Source of the DNA: a bacterium | GTDB taxonomy: Bacteria > JADJOY01 | DNA length: 64,000 nucleotides | Direction of reading: 5' to 3' | Assembly: GCA_046331705.1 (NCBI GenBank) | Contig: JAXLQJ010000004.1 | Span: 124,001-188,000 of the forward strand | Shown: positions 1 through 9,370 of the stretch, piece by piece | Position numbering within the stretch: position 1 is the stretch's first letter | How the letters are laid out: each line of letters opens with the position of its first letter | Notes under the pieces: generated by a model | What the model saw: only the letters and a program-made list of their open reading frames with translations | Told to the model about the DNA's origin: nothing | The model's database searches: none | Translations under genes and position numbers: made by a program

Positions 1-971
1 CGGCGATGATCGCGTCGGTTGCCGTCATCGGCATCGATCATTGGGGATCGGTGCGCGGCTCGCCGCTCGGCCTCGCGCCAGGCGCCAACGTCGCCGCGGC
101 GCTGGCGTCGCTCCCCGCGCCTTGGAACGTGCTCGGAGGATCGCGCGCGATCGGCTTCGTGCTCGGGCTCGTGCTCATCGTCGCGCTGGTCGGCAACCTG
201 CGCTGGCTCGCGCTGCCATGGTGGCTGCGCCGCGCACGGCGCAGCCGATCGATCTCCCCGGCCACCGGGTTCTTGCTCGCGGCGATCGCGGGCGGGCTGG
301 TGGCGGCCGACGTCGTCCACGAGCCGGATCACCCCGCGAGCCTCGCGCCGCTCTGGTTCGTCCAGCATCCGCTCTTGATCGCGTCTCAGCTGGCGGCGGG
401 CGCCGCGGCGTCCGCTTGGCTGCTCGCGGCCCCGCGCGCCGCGTACCGACGCCGCTGCGCCGCCCTGGCGGCCCTCGCGCTGGGATCGACGGCGCTCTTC
501 ACGATCGCATTGGGAGTCGGCGACGACCCGCTGCGCTTCGAGCGAGCGGAGCGCGACTGCGGCGCCTGGCTGCGTGAGCACAGCGCGCTCGATGCTCGCG
601 TGCTGCATGCCCCGGCGCGAACCGGCCTGCCGATCTTCTCGCTGCGCGCCTCGGTGCTCGCGCTGGAGCCGATCCTGAAGGGCGAGAAGCCCAACGCGAT
701 CGCGCCGACCGAATACCTCGATCGCCTGCACGCGACCGTCGCGGCGCGACGCGCCGAGGTGGAGCGCTTCTTCGCGACGCCTGACGCGGAAGAGGCGCGC
801 GCCATCGCCCGACGCCTGGACGCGTCGTTCCTCTTCCTCGGCGAGCACGATCCGATCGCCGTCGACCCGACGACGACCTTCGGAGCGCCCCTCACCAGCT
901 GCGGCGAGGGCGGACGGGTGTTCCCGCTGGCGCGAGCGACGAGTCCCGGGGACGCGCCGCTGGCGCGCTGA
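1..971 (+). CDS. Polytopic membrane protein, C-terminal part (5' end probably outside window); possibly GT-C-like / glycan-modifying
   Basis: Several hydrophobic helices followed by a soluble C-terminal domain; frame open from the window edge. Confidence 0.5.
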   Translation, partial: AMIASVAVIGIDHWGSVRGSPLGLAPGANVAAALASLPAPWNVLGGSRAIGFVLGLVLIVALVGNLRWLALPWWLRRARRSRSISPATGFLLAAIAGGLVAADVVHEPDHPASLAPLWFVQHPLLIASQLAAGAAASAWLLAAPRAAYRRRCAALAALALGSTALFTIALGVGDDPLRFERAERDCGAWLREHSALDARVLHAPARTGLPIFSLRASVLALEPILKGEKPNAIAPTEYLDRLHATVAARRAEVERFFATPDAEEARAIARRLDASFLFLGEHDPIAVDPTTTFGAPLTSCGEGGRVFPLARATSPGDAPLAR

Positions 972-3104
972 TCACGGGACGTCAGCAACGGCGCGCAGCG
1001 ACACCCGCGTCGGCACACGCACCCGATCCTTCGGATACGCGAGGTTGAGGATGAGCGGCTCGCCGCCGCGCGCCACGAATCGGCTGCTCCACGTCGCCGC
1101 GCCGCCCGGCAGCTCGAGGTGCGTGTCCACGGCGGAGGAGAGCGCGATCGCGACACCGGGCGTCGGCTCGCCCTTCTCACCCGCCGGGAACGCGAGCGTG
1201 AGCTCGGCGAGCTGCGTGACCGCCGCGCTCGGCAGATCGATCCGATAGACGAGTCGCTCGCCCTCGCTCGACCACGACACGTCGCGCGCGTGCTCGCGCC
1301 ACGTCGACTCGTCGAGCACCCACGGCGCCCCCGTCCACGCCTCGCGCGTGGCGTCGAGACGATAGAGCGAGAGCACCAGCTGGTCGAAGAAGAGCCGCTC
1401 CACCAAGCCGTGGGCGGCGTCCATGTGCGCCGTGACGCGCTGGCTCACGAGCGGGGCGATCTCGAGCAAGCCGAACTCGCGCTCCCGGAAATCGATCACC
1501 CACACGCGGCGGAAGGCACGGTTCTCGAGCGCCTCCGGCAGCGGGAACTCGCGATCGTCGGCCGGCAGCCACACCAGCGGCCGACGCTCGTCGCCAGCGC
1601 CGAGCGCGAGCCGCGCGAACCCCGAGGCTTCCTGGAAGGACAGCGCACCGCGACTCACCTCGTCCACCACCAGCGGCGAGTAGAAGAAACGCGGCAAGAC
1701 TCCCACCGCATCGCCGTCCGCGAGGTTCGCACGGATGTGGCGCGCCGCCGACCGGATGTCGGGCCGCGACGCGTGCCCGCGGGCGAGCAGCGACGCGACC
1801 AGCGCGACACACGGCAGCGCGACCCATGCCGCTCGTCGGAGGCAGCGGCTCGCGGCGCGCGACACGGGCGCGAGGCGAGCCGCGAGCACGTCGACGGCCA
1901 TCACCGGCACGAGCGCGGTGAGCGGCAGGAACGGGAGGAAATGGCGCGCGCCAAAGTACGTGCCGCCGGCGGCGATCGCGTACTCGTGCTGCTGGTAGAT
2001 GCGAAACGCGGCGTACGGAGCGAGTGCCACCAGCACCCGCAGCAAGCACGACCGGGCTCGACGCTGGCCGATCGCCAGCGTCAGCGCGAGCGAGGCCCCG
2101 CGCCGCACGCCTCCCCCCGCGCCAGGCGCGCCCGTGACGATCCGCGCCAGCTCGCGGAGCTGAGCGGCCCACGAGAGGTCGAGCGCGTAGAGCTCGCGCT
2201 CGCGGCTCACGTAGCGCCGAAACAGCTCGCCACCCCAGCGCATCGCCGGAAGCCAAGGCACGATCGCCAAGCCGAAGAGCGCCGCGATCGAGACGAGATC
2301 GCGGCGCGCTCGACGTCGGCGCGCGCCCTCGAGATCGGCGGCGACGAGCCACGCGCACGCCAGCACGCCCGTGAAGAACGGCAAGGCGACGTAGTGCGTG
2401 TAGAAAGCCGCGGCCGCCAGGAGCGCCGCCAGCCAGCGCGCGCCGCGTGCGCCGGCGAGGACCGCGAACGCCAGCGACGCCGACCACCACGACAGGCACG
2501 CGAAGAGCCCGTAGGGAGTGGCGTCGAAGCCATAGCGCGCACCGAGCGGCGAGAGCGCCACACAGCCGAACGCCGCGAGCCTGGCCAGGCCCGGCGGGTC
2601 GCCAGCACCCGCCGACGATGCTGGGCGAAGCTGCCCGAGCCAGCGCCACACACCCACCAGCGCCAACGCCCACGCGAGCAGCTGACACCAGCGTGTCGAC
2701 TCGGGTCGCAGCCCGGCGCGTCGCGCCAGCGCGATCGGCACGCGGGAGAGCGGCTGATGCGCCTGCTCGATCCCGACCCGGTTCACGAGCACCTCGCTCC
2801 AGCTCTCGGCGAGGTCGGTCTCGACCACCAGCGCGTACTCGAGGTGATCCATCGGCTCGGCGCGCCGCCAAGGCACGCAGATCCCGATCGCCAGGAGGCC
2901 GATCGCGAACGCGGCCGCCACGATCGCGCGGCTCGCGCCACCCGAGCGGGCGCCGCGCTCGGCCGGCGGACCGCGATCGTCTTTCGGATCGCGGCCCGCG
3001 GACCCGCCGCGCCATGACGCGACCACCGCGATCGCGCCGAGCGCCAGCGCGAGCGGAAGCTGGACGACGAGATCGACGAGCCGAGCGTCGGCGGCGTCGC
3101 TCAC
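972..3104 (-). CDS. Multi-pass membrane protein, glycosyltransferase family 39 / ArnT-PMT (GT-C)-like
   Basis: About 11-12 hydrophobic segments, acidic motif in first loop (DHLEY), YTHY motif, soluble C-terminal domain. Confidence 0.5.
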   Translation of the reverse strand: MSDAADARLVDLVVQLPLALALGAIAVVASWRGGSAGRDPKDDRGPPAERGARSGGASRAIVAAAFAIGLLAIGICVPWRRAEPMDHLEYALVVETDLAESWSEVLVNRVGIEQAHQPLSRVPIALARRAGLRPESTRWCQLLAWALALVGVWRWLGQLRPASSAGAGDPPGLARLAAFGCVALSPLGARYGFDATPYGLFACLSWWSASLAFAVLAGARGARWLAALLAAAAFYTHYVALPFFTGVLACAWLVAADLEGARRRRARRDLVSIAALFGLAIVPWLPAMRWGGELFRRYVSRERELYALDLSWAAQLRELARIVTGAPGAGGGVRRGASLALTLAIGQRRARSCLLRVLVALAPYAAFRIYQQHEYAIAAGGTYFGARHFLPFLPLTALVPVMAVDVLAARLAPVSRAASRCLRRAAWVALPCVALVASLLARGHASRPDIRSAARHIRANLADGDAVGVLPRFFYSPLVVDEVSRGALSFQEASGFARLALGAGDERRPLVWLPADDREFPLPEALENRAFRRVWVIDFREREFGLLEIAPLVSQRVTAHMDAAHGLVERLFFDQLVLSLYRLDATREAWTGAPWVLDESTWREHARDVSWSSEGERLVYRIDLPSAAVTQLAELTLAFPAGEKGEPTPGVAIALSSAVDTHLELPGGAATWSSRFVARGGEPLILNLAYPKDRVRVPTRVSLRAVADVP

Positions 3105-3132
3105 GCGTCTCGCGGATGCAGGACGAGACCCC

Positions 3133-5412
3133 TCAGGTGCCCTGCGAGACGCGCTGCACGCCCTTGACCCCGCGCAACAGCTCGGCGATCCGCTGGATGG
3201 TCTTGGGCGCGTTGGTGCCCACCACCAGCTTGAGCTGACCCTTCTCGCCGGCGACGTCCATCTTGAGCTCGTCGATGTTGACGTCCTGGTCGGCGATCAC
3301 CTTGGCGATCCGGTGGATGAGCCCCACCTGGTTCTCCACCAAGAGGTCGAGCTTGAGGCGGGCCGGCAAGGCGCTCGGCTCCCACTCGATCGAGACCTGC
3401 CCGATGGGATCGAGGCGCGCGAGGCTGGGACAGCGACGCAGGTGCAGGCTGATGCCGTTGCCCGTCGTCAGGTAGCCGAGGACGTCCTCACCGAGCACTG
3501 GCGTGCAGCAGCCGGCCAGCCGGATGAAGGCGTCGTTGAAGTCGCGGATCGTGAACCCCGGTCGGTCGATGCTGGCGCGACGGAAGAGAATCCGCGACAG
3601 CAGCGAGCCCTGCGCCCGCCGGTTGCGCTCCGCGCGCCCCGCGGGAACGAGCTTCGCTTCCTCGAGGAACTTGAGCGTGTCGATGTTGCGGAACCCCACC
3701 TCGATCAGGAACTCGTCGAGGTCGAGCTTGTGGGCGCGCAGCGCATCCTGGAAGGCGGGCGTCGCGATCACCTCGGTGGCGACCAGCGCATCGCGCTGCA
3801 CCTCCAGCCGGAAGAGGTCCCAGCCCACCTCGCGCGACCGGTCCCGGCGCTGGCGCTTGAGCGAGCGGCGGATCGCACTCTGCGCGCGCGCGGTCACCGT
3901 CCAATCCAGCCATTGCTCGGTGGGTCGGACGTCGCGCGCGGTCTGGATGTCCACGACGTCGCCGTCGCTCAGCGCCGTCGAGATCGGCATGCGCCGGCCG
4001 TTCACCGTGGCGGAGAACGCCCGATCACCCACCTTCGTGGAGTGGATGCGGTAGGCGAAATCGAGACAGCTCGCGCGCCGCGGGAACGTGAAGGTGTCGC
4101 CCTTGGGGCTGAACACCTGAATCGAGTCGGGGAGCGCGTGGCTGAGCACGTCCGCCATGCGCAGATCGTCGTCCTCGGTGAGCGTCTCGAGAAGCTGGAG
4201 GTAGCGCAGGTAGTACTCGGACACCTTGCCGGGCCCGTCACTCCAATTCGCCAGCACGCCACGCTCGTTGGTGACGTGCATCTCGCGCGTGGTGAGCTCG
4301 ACCTCGAGGATCTGACCCTGGCGGTTCACGCGGGTGACCACGGCCTTGTAGCCGTTGGGCCTCGGGTTCGAGATGAAGTCGCGGATACGCCCCGGGACGG
4401 CGCGGAACATCTCGTGGACCACGCCCAGGCTCGCGTAGACCTGCACGCGTTCGGCGGACAGAACCGTGAAGCCGCGGTGCACGTCCTCGACGATCTTGCC
4501 CGAGTGGATGTAGTCGGTGGCGTCGCGCCAGTTCGGCAGCACGGTGGCGTCGATGTGGGCTCGAACCAGGGCACTCGAGATCTCGTCGGCGAGCGCCCGG
4601 ACCGCGTCCTCCCGCTCTGCGCGCAGGCTCTCGATCTCGCGCTGCATGCGGGAGAAGCGCTTCGGATAGAGGTACCGGAACGAGTGGCGCGAGAGCTCGC
4701 GACAGATCTCCCCGAGTCCGAGGCGAGCGGCGACCGGGACGTAGACGTCCAGGGTTTCCTGCGCGATTCGGCGCTGCTTGTCCCGGCGCATCGCGGCCAA
4801 GCTGCGCACGTTGTCGAGCCGGTCGAGGATCTTGACGAGCAAGGTGCGGATGTCGCGCACCGTGGAGACCAGCATCTTCGAGTACGTCTGGGCCTTGCCG
4901 CGCTCCCAGCCCTTCGCCTCTTCCGCCGTGATCTTGGTGAGACCGTCGACCACGTCGGCGATCTCGCCGAAGTCTCGGCGCAGCTCGACGAGCGTGACCT
5001 CGGTGTCCTCGAGCGCATCGTGCAGCAGCGCGATGGCGACCGTGTCCGGATCCAGCCCGAGCTCGGTCGCCTCGAGCGCGATCCGCAACGGGTGGTGAAA
5101 GTAGGGCTCGCCCGATTTGCGCGTCTGACCCGCGTGCAGCCGCTCGCCGTCGCGGCGTGCGCGCTCGACGTGGCTCAGGTCGACGTCCGGGTAGCGGCGG
5201 CGCAGATTCGCGAGGATGCGTCGCCAGTATCCGGCGGCGATCTCGTCGTCGCCACCAGCGGTCGGCTCGGCGGCGCCGCCACCGCGCGCGCCGGGCTCGG
5301 TGGCGCCGGGCTCACCAGAAGCGCCCGGAGCGTCCCGCCCGGAGTCGCCACGCCCGAGCAATGGGCCGTCCCACGAAACGCCGTCGACGCCCCCGACTCC
5401 GGGCGCCAGCAT
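3133..5412 (-). CDS. Long RelA/SpoT homologue (HD-SYNTH-TGS-ZFD-ACT); synthetase motifs degenerate; start uncertain
   Basis: HAGQTRKSGEPYFHHP, ALLHDALED, TGS (VFSPKG..LDFAYRIHS), CCTPVLGE..HLRRC zinc finger, C-terminal ACT. Confidence 0.9.
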   Translation of the reverse strand: MLAPGVGGVDGVSWDGPLLGRGDSGRDAPGASGEPGATEPGARGGGAAEPTAGGDDEIAAGYWRRILANLRRRYPDVDLSHVERARRDGERLHAGQTRKSGEPYFHHPLRIALEATELGLDPDTVAIALLHDALEDTEVTLVELRRDFGEIADVVDGLTKITAEEAKGWERGKAQTYSKMLVSTVRDIRTLLVKILDRLDNVRSLAAMRRDKQRRIAQETLDVYVPVAARLGLGEICRELSRHSFRYLYPKRFSRMQREIESLRAEREDAVRALADEISSALVRAHIDATVLPNWRDATDYIHSGKIVEDVHRGFTVLSAERVQVYASLGVVHEMFRAVPGRIRDFISNPRPNGYKAVVTRVNRQGQILEVELTTREMHVTNERGVLANWSDGPGKVSEYYLRYLQLLETLTEDDDLRMADVLSHALPDSIQVFSPKGDTFTFPRRASCLDFAYRIHSTKVGDRAFSATVNGRRMPISTALSDGDVVDIQTARDVRPTEQWLDWTVTARAQSAIRRSLKRQRRDRSREVGWDLFRLEVQRDALVATEVIATPAFQDALRAHKLDLDEFLIEVGFRNIDTLKFLEEAKLVPAGRAERNRRAQGSLLSRILFRRASIDRPGFTIRDFNDAFIRLAGCCTPVLGEDVLGYLTTGNGISLHLRRCPSLARLDPIGQVSIEWEPSALPARLKLDLLVENQVGLIHRIAKVIADQDVNIDELKMDVAGEKGQLKLVVGTNAPKTIQRIAELLRGVKGVQRVSQGT

Positions 5413-5744
5413 CGCCGATCCGCGCTCGCGATAGGGATCCGAAGCCATCCGATTGGACCACCCGACACACAGTGTCATCGCTCCAACTGTGCGTATTGGC
5501 GACGATTCTTGAATCGAAGTGTAGCACGCGGCGAAATCGTGCCCAACTCGCGCGACCTCCGGCACGTTGCTTGCGGCACCGGGAACGCGAAGGTATGGTG
5601 GCCGCGATTCGAGCCGAGTCGCCATGCAGCACGCGTCGCGTGATCGTACGCGACGTCACCGGCGCTCGGTCGAGTGACGATCGCGCTTCGACCGACGCGG
5701 CGATCGAACGAACCCACGCAGGCCCCGAGCTCGACGGAGCGAAC

Positions 5745-7238
5745 ATGGCGCGGATCCTCCTCTTCAAGGCGTTTCGCCCACTCGAGTACTACACGGTCAC
5801 GCAGCCGCTCGGGCTCATGTACCTGGCGTCGACGTTGCGCCAGCACGGCCACGACGTGGGCATCGTCGACATGATCGCCGACGTGCTCACTCCCGAGGAC
5901 GCGGTCGAGCGCGCCAAGAAATTCGCGCCGGATCTCGTGGGCATTCACGCGATGACCCACGAGGCGCCCACGATGCACACGCTCGCGCGGCTGCTCAAGG
6001 GCTGGCGCGCCGAGCTGCCGATCGCGGTGGGTGGGCCGCATCCGTCCACCGACCCTCACGAGACGCTGCGCAACGAGGCCATCGACGCGCTCTGCATCGG
6101 CGAGGGCGAGGACACCGCGCCGGAGCTCTTCCGTCATCTGTTGGCGGGCGAGCCGCCCGTGGGCGTCCTCGGCACGGCCTATCGCAAGGATGGCGAGGCG
6201 TTCCTCGAGCCGCCGCGTCCCCCGATCCTCGATCTCGATCGCATCCCCTTCCCCGCGTGGGATCTGATCGACGTCCCACGCTACTTCGACCTGCCGAAGT
6301 TCTCGACGGTCTGCAAGCGCAAGCAGTACATGTCGATCTTCACGTCGCGCGGCTGCCCGTATTCCTGTACGTACTGCCACACGATCTTCACCAAGAAGTT
6401 CCGCACCCGCACCGTCGACAACGTGATCGCCGAGCTGCGCACGCTGCACGACGACCACGGCATCCGCGAGCTGCACATCATCGACGACATCTTCAACTGC
6501 CAGATGGACCACGCGAAGAAGATCTGCGACCGCATCGTCGCGGAGAAGCTCGACTTCGCCATCACCTTCCCCAACGGCGTGCGCGGCGACCTCATGGACC
6601 GAGAGCTTCTGCAGAAGCTCTCGGCGGCCGGCTGCTACCGCATCACGTACGCGATCGAGACCGCCTCGCCGCGCCTGCAGAAGATGATCAAGAAGCACAA
6701 CAAGCTCGACAAGCTCCGTCAGGTCATCGAGTGGACCGACGAGATGAACATCCTCCAGAACGGCTTCTTCATGCTCGGCTTTCCCGGCGAGACCCGCGAA
6801 GAGATCCAGACCACCATCAACTACGCGCTCGGCTCGAAGCTGCACACCGCGCAATTCTTCGTCGTCAATCCCTTCGAGGGCACCGAGCTCACCGAGCAGG
6901 CGCGGGCGCTCGGCAAGGAGTTCTCGACCGATCCCGAGATCTTCAGCTACTTCCGCGCCGAGAACACCCTCTGCGAGGTGCCGCCCGACGAGCTCAACAA
7001 GCTCCAGCGCTCGGCGAATCGGCGCTTCTACCTCAACCCGCGCCGCGCCGTCCGCTTCATCACGCTCTACCCGCAGCGCGCCCAGCTGGTCGGGCTCTTC
7101 TTCATCTGGCTGGTGCTCTCGTTCAAGGTCTTCAGCGACAGCCACGAGCGCTACAAGTGGACGAGCTTGTTCCGCAGCTTCCGCTTCTTCCGGCGCCAGA
7201 AGGAGATCTCGACCGCCGTCGCCCCCGCGGCGGCGTGA
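5745..7238 (+). CDS. B12-binding domain radical SAM protein (class B methyltransferase-like)
   Basis: QPLGLMYLAS, GGPHPS, IGEGE, TSRGCPYSCTYC motifs; GGAG RBS upstream of ATG 5745. Confidence 0.9.
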   Translation: MARILLFKAFRPLEYYTVTQPLGLMYLASTLRQHGHDVGIVDMIADVLTPEDAVERAKKFAPDLVGIHAMTHEAPTMHTLARLLKGWRAELPIAVGGPHPSTDPHETLRNEAIDALCIGEGEDTAPELFRHLLAGEPPVGVLGTAYRKDGEAFLEPPRPPILDLDRIPFPAWDLIDVPRYFDLPKFSTVCKRKQYMSIFTSRGCPYSCTYCHTIFTKKFRTRTVDNVIAELRTLHDDHGIRELHIIDDIFNCQMDHAKKICDRIVAEKLDFAITFPNGVRGDLMDRELLQKLSAAGCYRITYAIETASPRLQKMIKKHNKLDKLRQVIEWTDEMNILQNGFFMLGFPGETREEIQTTINYALGSKLHTAQFFVVNPFEGTELTEQARALGKEFSTDPEIFSYFRAENTLCEVPPDELNKLQRSANRRFYLNPRRAVRFITLYPQRAQLVGLFFIWLVLSFKVFSDSHERYKWTSLFRSFRFFRRQKEISTAVAPAAA

Positions 7239-7254
7239 TCGAGTCGCGAACGAC

Positions 7255-8082
7255 ATGAGCGCCGCGGCGATGGACGCGCTGAGAAGCGCGATTCGGGACG
7301 CCGGCCCATCGATCGTCGCGTTCTCGGGCGGGGTGGACAGCGCCCTGGTGCTCCGGGTCGCGCGGGACGTCCTCGGCGACGGCGCGGTGGCGCTCACCGC
7401 CGTCGGCCCGACGCTGCCCGCCGAGGAAGAGGCGGAGGCGCGGCGCTTCGGCGAGTCCCTCGCCGTGCAGCACGTCTTCGTGGCGTCGCACGAGCTCGAG
7501 AACCCCGACTATGCCCGCAACCCCACGGATCGCTGCTACTTCTGCAAGACCGAGCTCTACGCGCTCTGCCACGCCGAGCGCGAACGGCTGGGGCTGCGCT
7601 CGATCCTGGACGGCGTGAACCGCGACGACCTCGGCGACCACCGTCCTGGCCTCACCGCCGCTCACGAGAACGGCATTCGCCACCCGCTCATCGAGGCAGG
7701 CCTCGGCAAGAGCGTCGTCCGGGATCTCTGCCGCGAGCTGGGGATCGAGCTCTGGGACAAACCCTCGTTCGCGTGTCTCGGCTCGCGCTTCCCGTACGGC
7801 ACGACCATCACGCTCGACCGGCTCAATCGCCTGGAGCGTTGCGAGCGGGTGCTTCGCGAGCTGGGATTCCGCGGTTTTCGCGTGCGTTTCCACGACGCGA
7901 TCGCGCGCATCGAGGTGAACGTCGCGGACCTTCCGAAGCTCGTCGATCCGGCGGTACGAAGCCGAATCGTGGCCGGCATCAAGGCCGAGGGCTTCGACTT
8001 CGTGACCGTCGACCTCGAAGGCTACCGAACCGGCAGCTTGAATGCCGGTCTCGCGCGCCTCGAATCGCGCGCGGCCAACTAG
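7255..8082 (+). CDS. larE: ATP-dependent sulfur transferase LarE (PP-loop)
   Basis: FSGGVDS PP-loop, RCYFCK, DHRPG, KPSFACLGSRFPYG, DLEGYRTGSLN. Confidence 0.9.
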   Translation: MSAAAMDALRSAIRDAGPSIVAFSGGVDSALVLRVARDVLGDGAVALTAVGPTLPAEEEAEARRFGESLAVQHVFVASHELENPDYARNPTDRCYFCKTELYALCHAERERLGLRSILDGVNRDDLGDHRPGLTAAHENGIRHPLIEAGLGKSVVRDLCRELGIELWDKPSFACLGSRFPYGTTITLDRLNRLERCERVLRELGFRGFRVRFHDAIARIEVNVADLPKLVDPAVRSRIVAGIKAEGFDFVTVDLEGYRTGSLNAGLARLESRAAN

Positions 8083-8089
8083 GTTCGGC

Positions 8090-8809
8090 TCAGTTCACCG
8101 CTGACGCCGCCTTGGGCGTGGTCGCGGCCGACGCCAGCAGCGCGAGGCGCGCTCGGAAGAGCGCCACGTTCGAGCCGCCTCCCGGTCCGCCCGGACCGGC
8201 CTTCGCGATCTCGTCCTCGAGCAGCTTCTTGGCGTCGTCCGTCTTGCCGCTCGCTTCCAGCGCGCGCACCAGGTCGAGCGTCGTGTGGTCGTCGAGCGTG
8301 AAGCCCTCGCTCTGAAGGGCGCGGTAGCTCGCCACCGCCTCGGACGCCTTGCCGGCCGCCTCCTGGGAGCGGGCCAACGCCAGCTGGATCGCGCCGTGAA
8401 GCGGATCCTTCGGCGGCGTGTCGCGCAACAGTGAATCGAGCTCCGTCACGGCGTCGCCCGCCTTCCCTGCGCGCGTCAGCAGCACGCCCTTCACGAGCCG
8501 CGCTTGCCCCGCCGCCGCGGAGCCGGAGTGGCCCGCAATCACCGCGTCACACGCCGTGATGCCCGTTTCCGCCTGGTCGCTGCCACCGTCGAGCGCCTTG
8601 ATGCAGCTCGTGAGCTTCGCTTGGGCCGCCTTCTCCGCCGAGTCGACGTGCGCCGCCCAACCGGAATAACCCGCGATCGCCACGAGCACCCCCGCGACGA
8701 GACCCGCCCAGAGCTTCCAGCGCGACTGCAACCACGCCAACGCCAGCTGGGCGTCGTCGGTGTGAATCTCCTCGAGGAGCTGGTGCCGCACGTCCTTGTT
8801 CGCAGCCAT
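8090..8809 (-). CDS. YfgM-like single-pass membrane TPR protein
   Basis: N-terminal TM helix followed by helical TPR-like repeats. Confidence 0.65.
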   Translation of the reverse strand: MAANKDVRHQLLEEIHTDDAQLALAWLQSRWKLWAGLVAGVLVAIAGYSGWAAHVDSAEKAAQAKLTSCIKALDGGSDQAETGITACDAVIAGHSGSAAAGQARLVKGVLLTRAGKAGDAVTELDSLLRDTPPKDPLHGAIQLALARSQEAAGKASEAVASYRALQSEGFTLDDHTTLDLVRALEASGKTDDAKKLLEDEIAKAGPGGPGGGSNVALFRARLALLASAATTPKAASAVN

Positions 8810-8839
8810 CGTTTCCCTCGCGCGCCAGGGCGCGCCGCT

Positions 8840-9343
8840 TCACATCTTGTACTTGCCGAACTGATCGGCAGGCAGATTCGCGAGGAACTCCTCGACCTTC
8901 TCCCGATCCGTCACGTCGAGCGCGGGGTCCGGCGAGCTCACCCCGTCCGCTTGCCTCGATTTCTCGAACACCTGCTCGCGCACGAAGATCGGCGAACCGG
9001 TGCGCAGCGCCAACGCCAGCGCATCCGAGGGCCGCGAATCGATCTCGGCGGTCTCCTCCGCCACGCGCAGCGCGACGGTGGCGAAGAACGTGCTCTCGCG
9101 CAGATCCACGACCGTGATCCGCTCCACGCTCCCGCCCAGCCGATCGATCACGGTCGCGAGCAAATCGTGGGTGAGCGGCCGCGCCACCGCGACCTTCTCG
9201 AGGCGGGTGGCGATGGCGCTCGCCTCGAGCAGGCCGATCCAGATCGGCAGCATGCGCTCACCATGCGCCTCCTTGAGCACGACGATCGGCATCTGCGTGA
9301 GCGGATCGAGGGCGATCCGCTCGATCCGCATCTCGACGTCCAT
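8840..9343 (-). CDS. Bifunctional nuclease family protein (DUF151)
   Basis: LPIWIG..EA, RPLTHDL, IDSRPSDALALALR motifs. Confidence 0.9.
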   Translation of the reverse strand: MDVEMRIERIALDPLTQMPIVVLKEAHGERMLPIWIGLLEASAIATRLEKVAVARPLTHDLLATVIDRLGGSVERITVVDLRESTFFATVALRVAEETAEIDSRPSDALALALRTGSPIFVREQVFEKSRQADGVSSPDPALDVTDREKVEEFLANLPADQFGKYKM

Positions 9344-9370
9344 CCGCGCCGTCCCCTTCCCGCCGCCGCG

